A stretch of DNA of 64,000 nucleotides from Octopus sinensis (taxonomy: Eukaryota): assembly GCF_006345805.1 (NCBI RefSeq), contig NC_043001.1:47988001-48052000 (forward strand), given 5' to 3'. A model generated the notes under the pieces. It searched no databases and had not been told where the DNA came from. It saw only the letters and a list, made by a program, of their open reading frames with translations. Shown one piece after another: positions 26,201 to 37,880 of this stretch. The position numbers were made by a program, and so were the translations under genes. Numbering within the stretch: position 1 is the first letter of the stretch; every line of letters starts with the position of its first letter.

Positions 26201-27790
26201 CTCTGTTTTTTTTTAACTTGCGATCCTCTGTGTTTTTTTTTAACTTGCGATCCTCTGTGTTTTTTTTTAACTTGCGATCCTCTGTGTTTTTTTTTAACTT
26301 GCTATCTTCTGTGTTTTTTTTTAACTTGCGATCCTCTGTGTTTTTTTTTAACTTGCGATCCTCTGTGTTTTTTTTTAACTTGCGATCCTCTGTGTTTTTT
26401 TTTAACTTGCGATCCTCTGTGTTTTTTTTAAACTTGCGATCCTCTGTGTTTTTTTTTAACTTGCTATCTTCTGTGTTTTTTTTTAACTTGCGATCCTCTC
26501 TGTTTTTTTTTAACTTGCGATCCTCTGTGTTTTTTTTTAACTTGCGATCCTCTGTGTTTTTTTTTAACTTGCTATCTTCTGTGTTTTTTTTTAACTGCGA
26601 TCCTCTGTGTTTTTTTAACTTGCTATCTTCTGTGTTTTTTTTTAACTTGCGATCCTCTGTGTTTTTTTTAACTTGCGATCCTCTGTGTTTTTTTATTAAC
26701 TTGCGATCCTCTGTGTTTTTTTTAACTTGCGATCCTCTGTGTTTTTTTTTAACTTGCGATCCTCTGTGTTTTTTTTTAACTTGCTATCTTCTGTGTTTTT
26801 TTTTAACTTGCGATCCTCTGTGTTTTTTTAACTTGCGATCCTCTGTGTTTTTTTATTAACTTGCGATCCTCTGTGTTTTTTTTTAACTTGCGATCCTCTG
26901 TGTTTTTTTTAACTTGCGATCCTCTGTGTTTTTTTTTAACTTGCGATCCTCTGTGTTTTTTTTAACTTGCTATCTTCTGTGTTTTTTTTTAACTTGCGAT
27001 CCTCTGGGGTTTTTTAACTTGCGATCTTCTGTGTTTTTTTAACTTGCGATCCTCTGTGTTTTTTTTTTAACTTGCGATCTTCTGCTGTATTTTTTTTAAC
27101 TTGCGATCCTCTGTGTTTTTTTTAACTTGCGATCCTGTGTTTTTTTTAACTTGCGATCCTGTGTGTGTTTTTTTTAACTTGCGATCCTCTGTGTTTTTTT
27201 TTAACTTGCGATCCTCTGTGTTTTTTTTAACTTGCGATCCTCTGTGTTTTTTTTTAACTTGCGATCCTCTGTGTTTTTTTTTAACTTGCTATCTTCTGTG
27301 TTTTTTTTTAACTTGCGATCCTCTGGGGTTTTTTAACTTGCGATCTTCTGTTTTTTTTTAACTTGCGATCCTCTGTGTTTTTTTTTAACTTGCGATCCTC
27401 TGTGATTTTTTTTTAACTTGCGATCCTCTGTGTTTTTTTTTAACTTGCGATCCTCTGTGTTTTTTTATTAACTTGCGATCCTCTGTGTTTTTTTTTTAAC
27501 TTGCGATCCTCTGTGATTTTTTTAACTTGCGATCCTCGGTGTTTTTTTTTTAACTTGCGATCTTCTGTTTTTTTTTTAACTTGCGATCCTCTGTTGTTTT
27601 TTTTAACTTGCGATCTTCTGAGTCAGGTGCTGATCTCATGAGATTGCCGCTGGACAAAGTATCAGTGCAGACCGCATCCCAGATAAGGGACTTGCCATCG
27701 ATCTTCGGCCGTTCCTTGGTCTAACTCCGCTCTCTCCAGTTGCGACGGAAAACTAACTGCGTCCAAACGGCGTTTAATGTTAGGCAAACC
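23230..27790 (-). mobile_element. CRE-clade non-LTR retrotransposon 3' fragment (REL endonuclease) split by a minisatellite
   Basis: 27790-27621 reads NIKRRLDAVSFPSQLE...DG-KSLIWDAVCTDTLSSGNLMRSA. 23536-23260 reads AEDRKLKKYLLLSDR*LFE...ESSGVL...LLRF.G..IA...EIRE..ILYQRIFFAIMPGNAFAIL. This matches the CRE pattern WD.TC.DT...AE..K..KY..L...F.P.A.E..G...QR.S.AI.RGNA. An AATAAA follows on the minus strand near 23235. Confidence 0.85.
23513..27620. repeat. Minisatellite, unit AACTTGCGATCCTCTGTG(T)8-11 (~27 bp), roughly 145-150 copies
   Basis: Direct reading. Recurrent variants include GCTATCTTCT, CTCTGGGG, TCCGTG..CAC and TTTATTAAC. Confidence 0.97.
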
Positions 27791-29172
27791 AAGACAGCAG
27801 AAGCAGCAACAACAACGACGAAGACGATGACACCATCACTACCATCAGCAGTACCATCATCAATATCAGCAAGTGCTATACTCATGACAGACACGTTGTA
27901 GGAATATAAGTACCTCCTCCCCCCAAAGCACCACGTGATCTCTTACCTCATGGTCTTCTTATTCTTCTCACCATTCAACTTCTGTTTCTTCTACTTCTTA
28001 TCCGCCTCTCACATTTCGCCCACCCAAACAAATTCTCTTTCTGATTCTATCCTTTCATTTCAAATTACTTTTAAATTATCACAACCACTACCACAACAAC
28101 AACAATAACGGCAGCAGCAGCAGCCGTTCAAGAATCCGAACCTGGAGATCTCCATTTCCAGCGACTTCGAAGGCCACTACCCAGTGGTGTCCGGCGTCAA
28201 CGAAGAGCCTTGGACAACAACAAGACGACCAAAGTTTTTTTTTTCCAAGGTCTGGTGTCTCCCGCCCCTAAGCCCTAGACCATCATCTAATCACCGTTAC
28301 CCGTCTTGTTGCTTAGCAACAACAAGAACAGCAGCAACAACAACAGCAACAACAACAGCAGCAGCAACAACATCAACAACAACAACAAGACAGCACCACC
28401 ACTACGATCAGAAGCAGCCACAGTACCATCATAATCCTCTGGTAATGTCATATCTACCATCATTATAACCATTCGCCACCATCACCGTCTACAGTAGCAC
28501 CACCACCACTGCAAAATTATATCAATAACCGCAACAACAACAACAACAATAACAGTTACACAGCCATCGCCACCACCAACAACAACAACTCCACCAACAC
28601 TAAACCGATCATCATTACGAGAGGAAGGCACCTCTTAGTGGTCATTCGGCCTTTAGAGAAATAGCAGCCAAATCTTCTTGCGTCCAAATATATGACCAAA
28701 TGGCCACGGCTGGGATGTCTTTGGTCATAGGTCTGCTTGATCAGGGTTGGCCTACAGCTATACAACAATAACAACGACGACAACAACAACAACAGTAACA
28801 ATAAGTCGATCATGAGTTTCACGAGCAACAGCTGTAGAAATCATCGAAAAATCGCAACTAGCTGCAGCAGCTGTTGCAATGACATCAATAAGTGCAGAAG
28901 TTGCAGTAGCAGCAATCCCAGCAGCAGAAGCTGCACCAGAAGCAGCAACAGCAACAGCAATAGCAATAGCAGCAGCAGCAACAACAACAGCAACAACAAC
29001 AGCAACAACAGGAGGGTTAACAGAAGCAGCAGTAACAACAACAACAACAACAACGATAACTACCATAATAGTAACTATTGACAACCAGTATTGTATGGAG
29101 AGGGGGAGGTTATATATAACTGCTGCACCGTACTCACAACTACATCTACCTACACCACTACCACCACCACCA

Positions 29173-29461
29173 CCTCAACCACCACTTCTACTAGCGACAC
29201 AACCACTTACCGCCACCTTTACTCTCACTACAACCACCACCACCAATACCTCAACCACCACTTCTACTACCGACACAACCACTTACCGCCACCTTTACTC
29301 TCACTACAACCACCACCACCAATACCTCAACCACCACTTCTACTACCGACACAACCACTTACCGCCACCTTTACTCTCACTACAACCACCACCACCAATA
29401 CCTCAACCACCACTTCTACTACCGACACGACCACTTACCGCCACCTTTACTCGCACTACAA
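29173..29461. repeat. 76-bp tandem repeat, ~3.8 copies
   Basis: cctcaaccaccacttctact... starts at 29173, 29249, 29325 and 29401. Confidence 0.93.
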
Positions 29462-31563
29462 TTTCCTTTCTCCACCGCCCCGATCACTAACATTAACAAG
29501 ACACCACCACTACCAACACCATTGCGAACTAGCTCCGCCACTACTACGACTACCACTATCACCATTACTATTAGCAACACCTTCACCATCGCCACCGTTA
29601 TTTACAGCCACTAAATTCAGCTATCATCGCACGATCACATTCATCATCGCCATCGTCGTCGTCGTCGTCGTCATCGCTGCCGTCCTAATCGTCTCTGGCA
29701 ACACTAAACTCCTATATACACTAACATACCAACATCACCACACCAACATCGCTACCGTTAAATGTAACCATAGCCAACAACACTTCCTTCATTACCATCA
29801 TCACTATCACCACTATCATTACTATCACCGCCCATCGCCCATCATCATGCCTCCATTAATATCCCTACCCCTACCTTCACCCCTCACATGACAAGAAGAG
29901 CGTCTAGAAAGTTAATAACTAATTGAACATCAACACTAAAGAGCTACATCAACACTACCACCGAAAGTTTCTCCACTACCACCACCGAAAGTTCCATCAC
30001 CACCACCATCACCATCACCATCACCAGCAATACCTTCAACAACGGCCTAAAGGGTTGCCACGTGCTCTTTTGAAGTGCATGAAATGATAGCCAGTTAGTT
30101 TCCCCTTAACTCGGACTCTACCGTTTTCGGAAAGAGACAGGACCAGGACATGAAGCATAATGCAAGCCTGACTTCCCTAGTTGTAAGAAAAAGACGGAAT
30201 GGACGCGGCTGGAATGTCTTCGATTGTGGGTCTGTTACAACAGTAAAAACTTACCTGAGACTAAACAATAACATGACAACAACAACAACAACAGTATTTA
30301 TAATATTTGAGTTAGAGAACCCTTATTGATTGTAGGTCTTCTCGAGAAAAATATGGCCGACGTATCCGCATCATCAACATCGCTACATTGCAACCTGTTC
30401 CAGTGTATTATCACAGCTTCTGCCTTGCCTCCTTCAACCCCGCTGTGTTGTCGCCAGCTCCTCTGTATGGGTTCAACCTCCAAAACAACGCCGTCATAAA
30501 CATTTCACCGACAGAATCGCCACCACAGTCTGTCATTAGTCTTTCATCTTCATCATGAAGACACTCCACCTTCCCACCGAAAAACGCAACATCACTTCTG
30601 TCATCATTGCCGCCGTCACCACCGACATCATGTCAAAAGCATCAAAACATCACCATCAGCACTAACGTTACTGTCACCAGTATCAAGAGCATCGCCTTCC
30701 GAATAAAATCAAAGCAAATCGCCATCAACGGCAGCCGTATGAAGGTTCACTGCCAACACCACCATCGCAACGTTATCAACAACATCGTCCCGATCACATA
30801 ATCTCCACCATCGCCCACATCAGCCACAACGGAAACATACCATCGCCAACACGATCAACATCCTCACCATCACAAACACCAACACCACCGCCAGTAACAA
30901 CAAGCGAAATTACTGCGAAAATAGAGAAACAACTGGAGCAGAGTCACAGCAGAGACAGAACAGAGACAGAGTAGATATCATAGAAAGAAAGAAAGAGACA
31001 AAGAAATCAAGACAAAGCCAGAATAGCAACAATAGTAACAAGGCAAAACAAGCGCAAAAATATGTGGAATCAAGAGAGATGGCAGTGAAGGAGGTGAAGA
31101 TATCCCTAAAATTTTTGGTAGAGATTAAGAGATATATTTTGAGCGAGTCATAACAATTGTTGGTATATGGGAGGGGCTGCTGTTTATAGACGTAGCAAGA
31201 CGTACAGATGTCGTGTTGTTCGAAATAAAGTTATCCTTTTAACATGCATAATTAAGTCAGACACTAATTAACTATTTGCCTAATTAAATCATGGATGTTT
31301 GAATTCTTATTACGTGTATATAAAGTATTAGCGGCATTAACGTCACCCAAGTAATTCCTATATTTCTCTGTTCTTGGCTGGTTACTTCTGCCTTACAATA
31401 ATAAACATTTAATATACTATATACACATACATAAATACATCTCTCTTCTGTCTATCTGTCCGTCGGTCTATCCCTACCTCTCTCTCTCTCCCCCATCCTA
31501 CCAGTCTCTATCTGTATGTATGTATGCATGTATGTATGTATGTATGTATGTATGTATGTATCT

Positions 31564-31656
<93 letters not shown>

Positions 31657-32098
31657 CTCTATATATATATATGTTTGTGTGTGTGTGTGTATAATTATTT
31701 TGTATATGGTTAGTAATATACCGATTAAGGCACTTTCTCTGTTTATGCTACCTGATGTCATCCACAGTTTTGATATAAGTGTCACTGGATCTGCTTCAGG
31801 AATTGGGCTGTATTCTTTGAAGGAAACGGGAAATGGAGTTTGCAAAAATATTTATAAAACTTCTTGCAAGCTCCATTATCCGTTTCCCTCATTCATTGTG
31901 TGTGAGTGTGTGTTTGTATTTATGTATGTCGCTTAGGAATTGCAATGCTAATAACCTGGCGTAGAACTCATTATATATTTATGCCCCTCTACGAAGTGTT
32001 ATTTGGATAGAGAGGGGTTTCAAATAAGAGATGACAAAGGAATAGCCGATTATCTTATGAATTTCATTTGCTTACAGCTGTTTCCACTATGAGATGCG

Positions 32099-32163
<65 letters not shown>

Positions 32164-32398
32164 TTAATGTAGGATAAATTTTTTTTTCGAAAAAAATTTT
32201 ATCAATGGCCAGCATATTAAAAAATACCTTTAAAGGTTAAAATTATAAACAACTTATAAATAAGGGCAAACGAAAACATATCTAATGCCAAATATGCCGA
32301 AAATTGAACATATTGTCCATTACCATATAATTTTTCAGAATACGCTCGCTACTCGAAAAAAAGCCGATAGAAATTTCTAAAAAATTCCATTATTACCA

Positions 32399-32451
32399 TA
32401 TCGGACCGATTTCAGGGTTAGTTCGTAAGAACCCTCCCTTCGTCAGTGATA
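32399..32451 (-). ncRNA. Type I hammerhead ribozyme, canonical C3:G8 core
   Basis: UAUCA-CUGACGA-AGGG-AGGGUUCUUACGAACUAA-CCCU-GAAA-UCGG-UC-CGAUA. The predicted GUC cut site is intact, and the first stem I pair is an A:C mismatch. Confidence 0.72.
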
Positions 32452-32699
32452 AATGTGGCAAAGAAATAAATGAGATACTTACTCATACCCATGGAAGAAG
32501 CAAAACACTAAGTCATGAGCACAACTAAGTACCCCAAATACATCCCAAATAGAAATACTCCAGCCCATTCAAGACACGTGCGATTTGAACTGAGGCTCTC
32601 ATTTATAGGTTATATATATATATATATATTTATGATGGGGTGCTGAAACATTTCTGGTTTTAAGGATGTCACAAAAAACCTTTATATATATATAGGTTT

Positions 32700-32899
32700 T
32701 AATTTTTTTGCCGCAATTTTGTTGGAAGGATTAAGTCAATTACATGGAGCCCAATGTTTAACTGGAACTTAATCTATCGAACCCGAAAGAATGAAAAGCA
32801 AAGTTGACCTCGGCGGCATTTGACTTCAGAACATAAAGATGGAGGAAATACCGCTAAATATTTTGACCGGCGTACTAACGATTCCGCCAACTCGCCGTC
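32700..32899 (-). mobile_element. SINE family B
   Basis: tcgaacccgaaagaatgaaaagcaaagttgacctcggcgg...ccaactcgccgtct. Confidence 0.82.
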
Positions 32900-32911
32900 T
32901 CTATGCTGATG

Positions 32912-32984
32912 TGGAGAGTCCGGGTTTCGATCCTGGATCCACTTACATGCTAAGCAAGCATTCTACAACCTGTGCTAATTCTCT
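32912..32984 (-). pseudogene. tRNA-Ala(AGC) pseudogene
   Basis: Minus strand AGAGAATTAGCACAGGTTGTAGAATGCTTGCTTAGCATGTAAGTGGATCCAGGATCGAAACCCGGACTCTCCA aligns to metazoan tRNA-Ala-AGC. The anticodon arm CTTGC-TTAGCAT-GTAAG is intact; the D and acceptor stems are damaged. Confidence 0.75.
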
Positions 32985-33090
32985 CTCCAATACATAGTTA
33001 TAATAAAAACAGTCTGACGATGACTTCGCTGGCCAAAACTTCGAAGTCAGTCTCAATAATATTTATGGTTAAGAATAATATATACATATA

Positions 33091-33261
33091 AGGCGCAGGC
33101 GTGGCTGTATGATTAGAAGTTCGCTTCCCAACCACATGGCTCCGGGTTCAGTCCCACTGCCTGGCACCTAGAGCAAGTGTCTTATACCATATCCTCAGGC
33201 CGACCAAAAGCTTTGTGAGTGGATTTGGTAGACGGAAACTGAAAGAATCTCATCGTATATA

Positions 33262-33303
<42 letters not shown>

Positions 33304-33540
33304 GGTATATCTATGTGTGTCTTTGCGTCTGTGTTTCTCCCCCACCACTGCTTGACAACCGGTACTTGTGTGTTTACATCCTCGTAAATGAGCTGTTCGG
33401 CAGAAGTGACCGATAGAATATATATCAACCTTTAAAAAAATAAGCACAGGGTCGTTCCATTCAACTAAACCAAATTCTGCAAGGCGGTACGCTAGCATGG
33501 CTGCAATCTAATGACTGAAACAAGTAAAAGATAAAAGATG
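33091..33540 (+). mobile_element. SINE family A, near full length
   Basis: aggcgcaggcgtggctgtatg...gatttggtagacggaaactgaaag...gactgaaacaagtaaaagataaaag. Confidence 0.88.
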
Positions 33541-34088
33541 TGTGTGGAGGGGTGTTGTATTTATAGGGCAAGTAACTTGTTCTGAAACCCTGTGTCGAAG
33601 AAGGCGTATGTTAGCAACATCGTGGTGGACGTGTTATTATAATTAATCTCAATTTTCGTTTAAGGTGTCGAAAATTTCTACACACTTTTGTGATTTTGGT
33701 CACAGGCACGTTTCTGCTGGAACTGTCGAAAATTAATGATTTGTGAGAATGTATAAGCCTCGGGAGGTTTCCTTTAATGTTAGAACGAATTAAAATGGCG
33801 GGGAAAAATGAAAAAAACAAATATCCAATGCCTATGAAAACTTGCCTGTAACTAACTTTCAACTGATGCAATGGAATTGTGTTAAGTGAGCAGATAGTTG
33901 AAGTGAGGCGAAAATTCGACAACTCAAGAAGTGAACAAAAAGAATAAGGAATTTTGGTGTGCGTTGTTAGAACTCCTAAAGATATTCCTGTAAAGACAAT
34001 TTCGTTTGCGTGTGCTAGTGTATATGTATGTGTGATATGTGTGTATACAAAATATATATATAAAGCAAATTAAAGATATATATAAATA

Positions 34089-34159
<71 letters not shown>

Positions 34160-34330
34160 CAAATTAAATGGGTGAATTAACAATTTGAACCTAAAAGCAA
34201 AATTAATAGAGGTCACAAAAGTGACGGAGGATATTGATCAGCACAAGATTTAAAAACTAGAGTTAAAAAAACTAAAAAGCTACAAAGCTCTCTACTTAGA
34301 ATCACAAAGGGCGGTAATGTATATAACTGG

Positions 34331-34380
34331 ATCGAACGAATTCGGATTTGATGCATAGCATCTTAACCCTCGTCAGCGAC
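34331..34380 (-). ncRNA. Type I hammerhead motif, canonical CUGACGA, A15.1 mutated
   Basis: GUCG-CUGACGA-GGGUU-AA-GAUGC-UAU-GCAUC-A-AAUCC-GAAU-UCG-UU-CGAU. Confidence 0.55.
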
Positions 34381-35364
34381 TCTTAACGCCTAGGGTTAAA
34401 CTCAAATACCTCTGTCAATCTAATAAGAAAATCCGTTGAAAACCTGAGCTGATTTTCAAAGAGATAAAAGTGTAAACAATAAATTAAATGGGTGGCTTAT
34501 TAGTAATTTGAACCTAGAGACAAAATTAATATGTCACAAAAGTGATGAACGGTCCTGACCACCACTCTTGACCAGCACCAGCTATGGTTAGAAACAATAG
34601 GCATATAATGTATACATTATGTGGTTATACAATTACTACTATTAGTAGTCCACTTCTCTGTAGCTACTGTATTTCTTGGCTTTCTAAACAGATTGACAGC
34701 TTCTTTTCCTAGGATTGGCCAAAATTGGCAGACACATCTAATGCGAACTTAGTCAGGTTCGAAAATCAGTTAAGGTTGTTCATCGGTTTTCAATTTACGT
34801 AGAAACAGTTAAATTTGCCCCATTTGTAACTCTACTGCATAAATTATATTATACATACATACATACATACATACATACATACATACATACATACATACAT
34901 ACATACATACATACATACATAAAACAAAAAAATTGGAAGGTACCGCACGAGTGAAAATATGTAAAATATAAATATAAAATTTTCAGAAATGGTATCTTTG
35001 ACAATGATAAGGAAAATGTTAAGTTCACATAAAGTGGTAAAAAGAGGTAGTAAAATAAATTCAAAATTATTTCTATGTTCATCAAAAAACTTGATTGTGT
35101 ATAAGCATATATACAGAAATAATTTGTAGACAGTATTTGATAGGAGAAAGCGTGTATTGCTTACTCAAAATTTCATCAGAAATCATATTTGAATATTTAT
35201 ACAGAATATAAGGGGAATGACCAACCTGTTTCTCCATCTCTAATCTTGTACGTGCTTTTGCCAAACACTTTTGTTACCATTGTCAAAGACTTTATCACCG
35301 TATTTTAATACATCTATGCTAACTTTTTTTAGCACCACAAAGGTTACACAAAGCCTTATATTTT

Positions 35365-35411
35365 ACTTTTGAAAATCTTTTTATTTTTAAAGAAAGTGAA
35401 ACCGGTCAAGT
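35365..35411 (+). ncRNA. Type I hammerhead ribozyme, U3:A8 variant, U:U at base of stem II
   Basis: ACUU-UUGAAAA-UCUUUUU..loop..AGAAAGU-GAAA-CCGG-UC-AAGU. Stem I is ACUU/AAGU, stem III is the palindrome ACCGGU, and the predicted GUC cut is after 35407. Confidence 0.62.
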
Positions 35412-35537
35412 CAATAAACATCTTTAAAAGTCCTCTGCATTTTCAAATCATCTTCGCTATATATATAAGTGTGTGTGTATGTGTGTGTGCGTGCGGGCGT
35501 GCGTGTGTGTGTATGTATGTGTATACGTATGTGTGTC

Positions 35538-35613
<76 letters not shown>

Positions 35614-35662
35614 GAAAAGAGTCAAAGTAGAAAATGCTAAAATAATTTTATGAAAAACATTT

Positions 35663-35698
35663 CAGTACCGGTTTCAGTCATTGAGACTTTATCAACTG
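35663..35698 (-). ncRNA. Minimal type I hammerhead ribozyme, U3:A8 variant, apparently intact
   Basis: CAG-UUGAUAA-AGUC-UCAAU-GACU-GAAA-CCGG-UA-CUG (36 nt). Confidence 0.72.
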
Positions 35699-35942
35699 TA
35701 AGTAGGGAAAACAATTAAATTTTGGAAAAATTAAAAGAAAAGTTTTTGAAAGAATATTTCCATAGTATTCAAATACAAGGGGCATTTTCTTTGTTTCTGC
35801 CTGTCTCAGTCTCTCTTGTTTACTCTTACACACACACACACCTAAGATGTTTATGGTGAATATTAATCGAAATCGACGGCACTAGTACCGGTAACAATGC
35901 ATATTTCAAGCATAAAGGATCGCATCTACCTTCTTGCTTTAA

Positions 35943-36033
<91 letters not shown>

Positions 36034-36984
36034 ATGTATATATATATATACTTATGTGTATGTATAAACTTCTTTAACATCTGGTTGTTTCAAGCGCGCA
36101 TGGTTCTACATTCTGGTTAGTACGTATACACGATGCATATATTTACGCAGACATACTATATAATCAGACATTATTTTCAAAGCAAAAACCAATACTGCGT
36201 ATAAAATATACTCTAAGCTGGATATTAACTACATTAACATTAATCTAAGCTTTTTTTAGGAAGTTATATTTTTAGACTATATTGTGACTTCAACAAGAAC
36301 AGTTGCGTCAGAAACAAGTATGTTATATTTGAGTTATGTTGTTTTCAACAGGATCATTTGGAACTTGTGGTTTGGAAATTACCACGGTTGCATCATTGAA
36401 GACAGATTATGAATCATCGAGCTCTCGTTGTCTGTTTGTATGAAGAATTTTATCTACTTGACCGCCAGTATTCATAGAACACTATCATCAAATAAAAAGC
36501 ACTAACATAATGTCTTCATTTTAAAGCTGAATTACTATCCTCGCAATCGGTGCCTCAACCATAAACGTGAGATCAGTATTCATTTCTAGTACTCAATTAT
36601 TGTTCGAAACTTAGCAGTATCTCATTGTGGTTCTCGCTTTAAACTTCCGCCATTAGTGTTCTCTACGTAAACACAAAATATTGTGCATTATTGTCTATTA
36701 TAGTCACAAACCGCCCAATCCATAGCTAGTTATCTGATACCTTTGTGCTGATTTATCTGGTGACAGATAACTCAACACCGAGATGTAACTTGGAATTATT
36801 TTACTGACAGAACTTTAACTCAAAACTTATAAAACTATGACCTAATTTGACAAAAGGGCACACGTCATTAGAGAGAGCATTAGTTCCACTACATGATATA
36901 TCGATTATAGACAAAAAGCTGAACTGAAAAACAAAGTTAATTCTAAATGTTTTGATCTCGAGACGTACATTTTAAATATTGGTT

Positions 36985-37340
36985 TCGAATTTTGGCGCAA
37001 GGCCAACAAGTTCAGTGCAGTGGGTAAAACAAGTATATCTACTCCAGTACACGACTGGTACTTACTCTATCGACGTCGATAGAATGAAAGGCAAAGTAGA
37101 ATTTGAACTCAGAACGTTAAGACGGACAAAATACCGTTAAGCATTTCGCCTGACATGGAACGATTTTGTCGGTTCGTCGCCTTGTAGAGTTTGAATATTG
37201 AAAGGTGAACTAGCAGAGTCATTAGAATGTCCGACAGAATGCGTTATAGTATTTGTTCTGACAATGTGCTAAGAGTTCAAACCCTGCCGAGGTCAACTTT
37301 GCCTTTCATCCTTTCGAGGCTGGTAAAAAAGAATACCACT
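36985..37340. mobile_element. Two SINE family B copies head-to-head (minus ~36985-37185, plus ~37200-37340)
   Basis: gaatgaaaggcaaagt...gtcggttcgtcgcctt, then gaaaggtgaactagcagagtc...gaggtcaactttgcctttcatcctttcgagg. Confidence 0.72.
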
Positions 37341-37607
37341 CCATGGCGGTGGTTAGGTGGAACGTTGAGAATGGCAGACCGGGTCATCCGCGTATTTGCT
37401 CCGGCTCTTTGCGTTGTCATTGTCAAAGTTCCATTATGGCCTGCTTGAGTGGTATGCTTAACTCGTTGGTCACTTTAACACCACCACCTAGCACCTTATG
37501 TACCTTTGGCGGAGATCGCTTTGTTGCAAGTATTTGGGTAAAGCTCATGGTTTGAGGGTACATTCCTCCTTTCTCCCTTCTCACTAGTTTCATAATCTAG
37601 CTAACGC

Positions 37608-37880
37608 AGTGGTCCTCAACAAGGGGTCTTATGACCCCTGTGGGTCCATATAAGATTTTTGGTGGTTCACGCAAAAAAAAGTAAATTGGGGATGCACAAC
37701 TGTATTTTAAGGGCCCCCGAAAGTATTTTGCTTTCGATGTGTGTATTGGTGTATATTGCAAGAAAGAGCTAGGTTTACATAGTTCAAACTATAAAAGTGA
37801 GAAAAACAAGATAGGAATTTTGAGAGACGTGTATATTCAAAAGGTTAAGGGGCCATTGATAAAAAATGGGTGAGAACACG
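37608..37880. mobile_element. hAT/Charlie-like MITE, degenerate
   Basis: Starts CAGTGGTCCTCAAC..GGGGTC and ends GGGGCCAT..AAAAAATGGGTGAGAACAC, resembling CAGTGGTTCTCAAC / GTTGAGAACCACTG termini. Confidence 0.55.

Noticed and set aside
23513-27620. CRISPR-like array, or coding repeats LTCDPLCFF / NLRSSVFF on the plus strand
   Set aside because: There are no unique spacers, only T-runs, and no cas genes. The ancestral reading frame is on the minus strand (CRE endonuclease).
28130-28210. FKNPNLEISISSDFEGHYPVV, resembling an APE endonuclease SDHxPV end
   Set aside because: This is a single weak motif with no other APE motifs nearby.
33014-33049. CTGACGA followed by the hairpin TGACTTCG/CGAAGTCA
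   Set aside because: There is no GAAA, stem III or stem I after the hairpin.
33611-33922. 103-aa minus-strand ORF in unique sequence
   Set aside because: It has no recognisable motifs, and its length is within chance expectation for a 64-kb window.
36352-36443. Possible exon after ttttcaacag (GSFGTCGLEITTVASLKTDYESSSSRCLFV*)
   Set aside because: There is no recognisable domain and no partner exon. RNA-seq would be needed.
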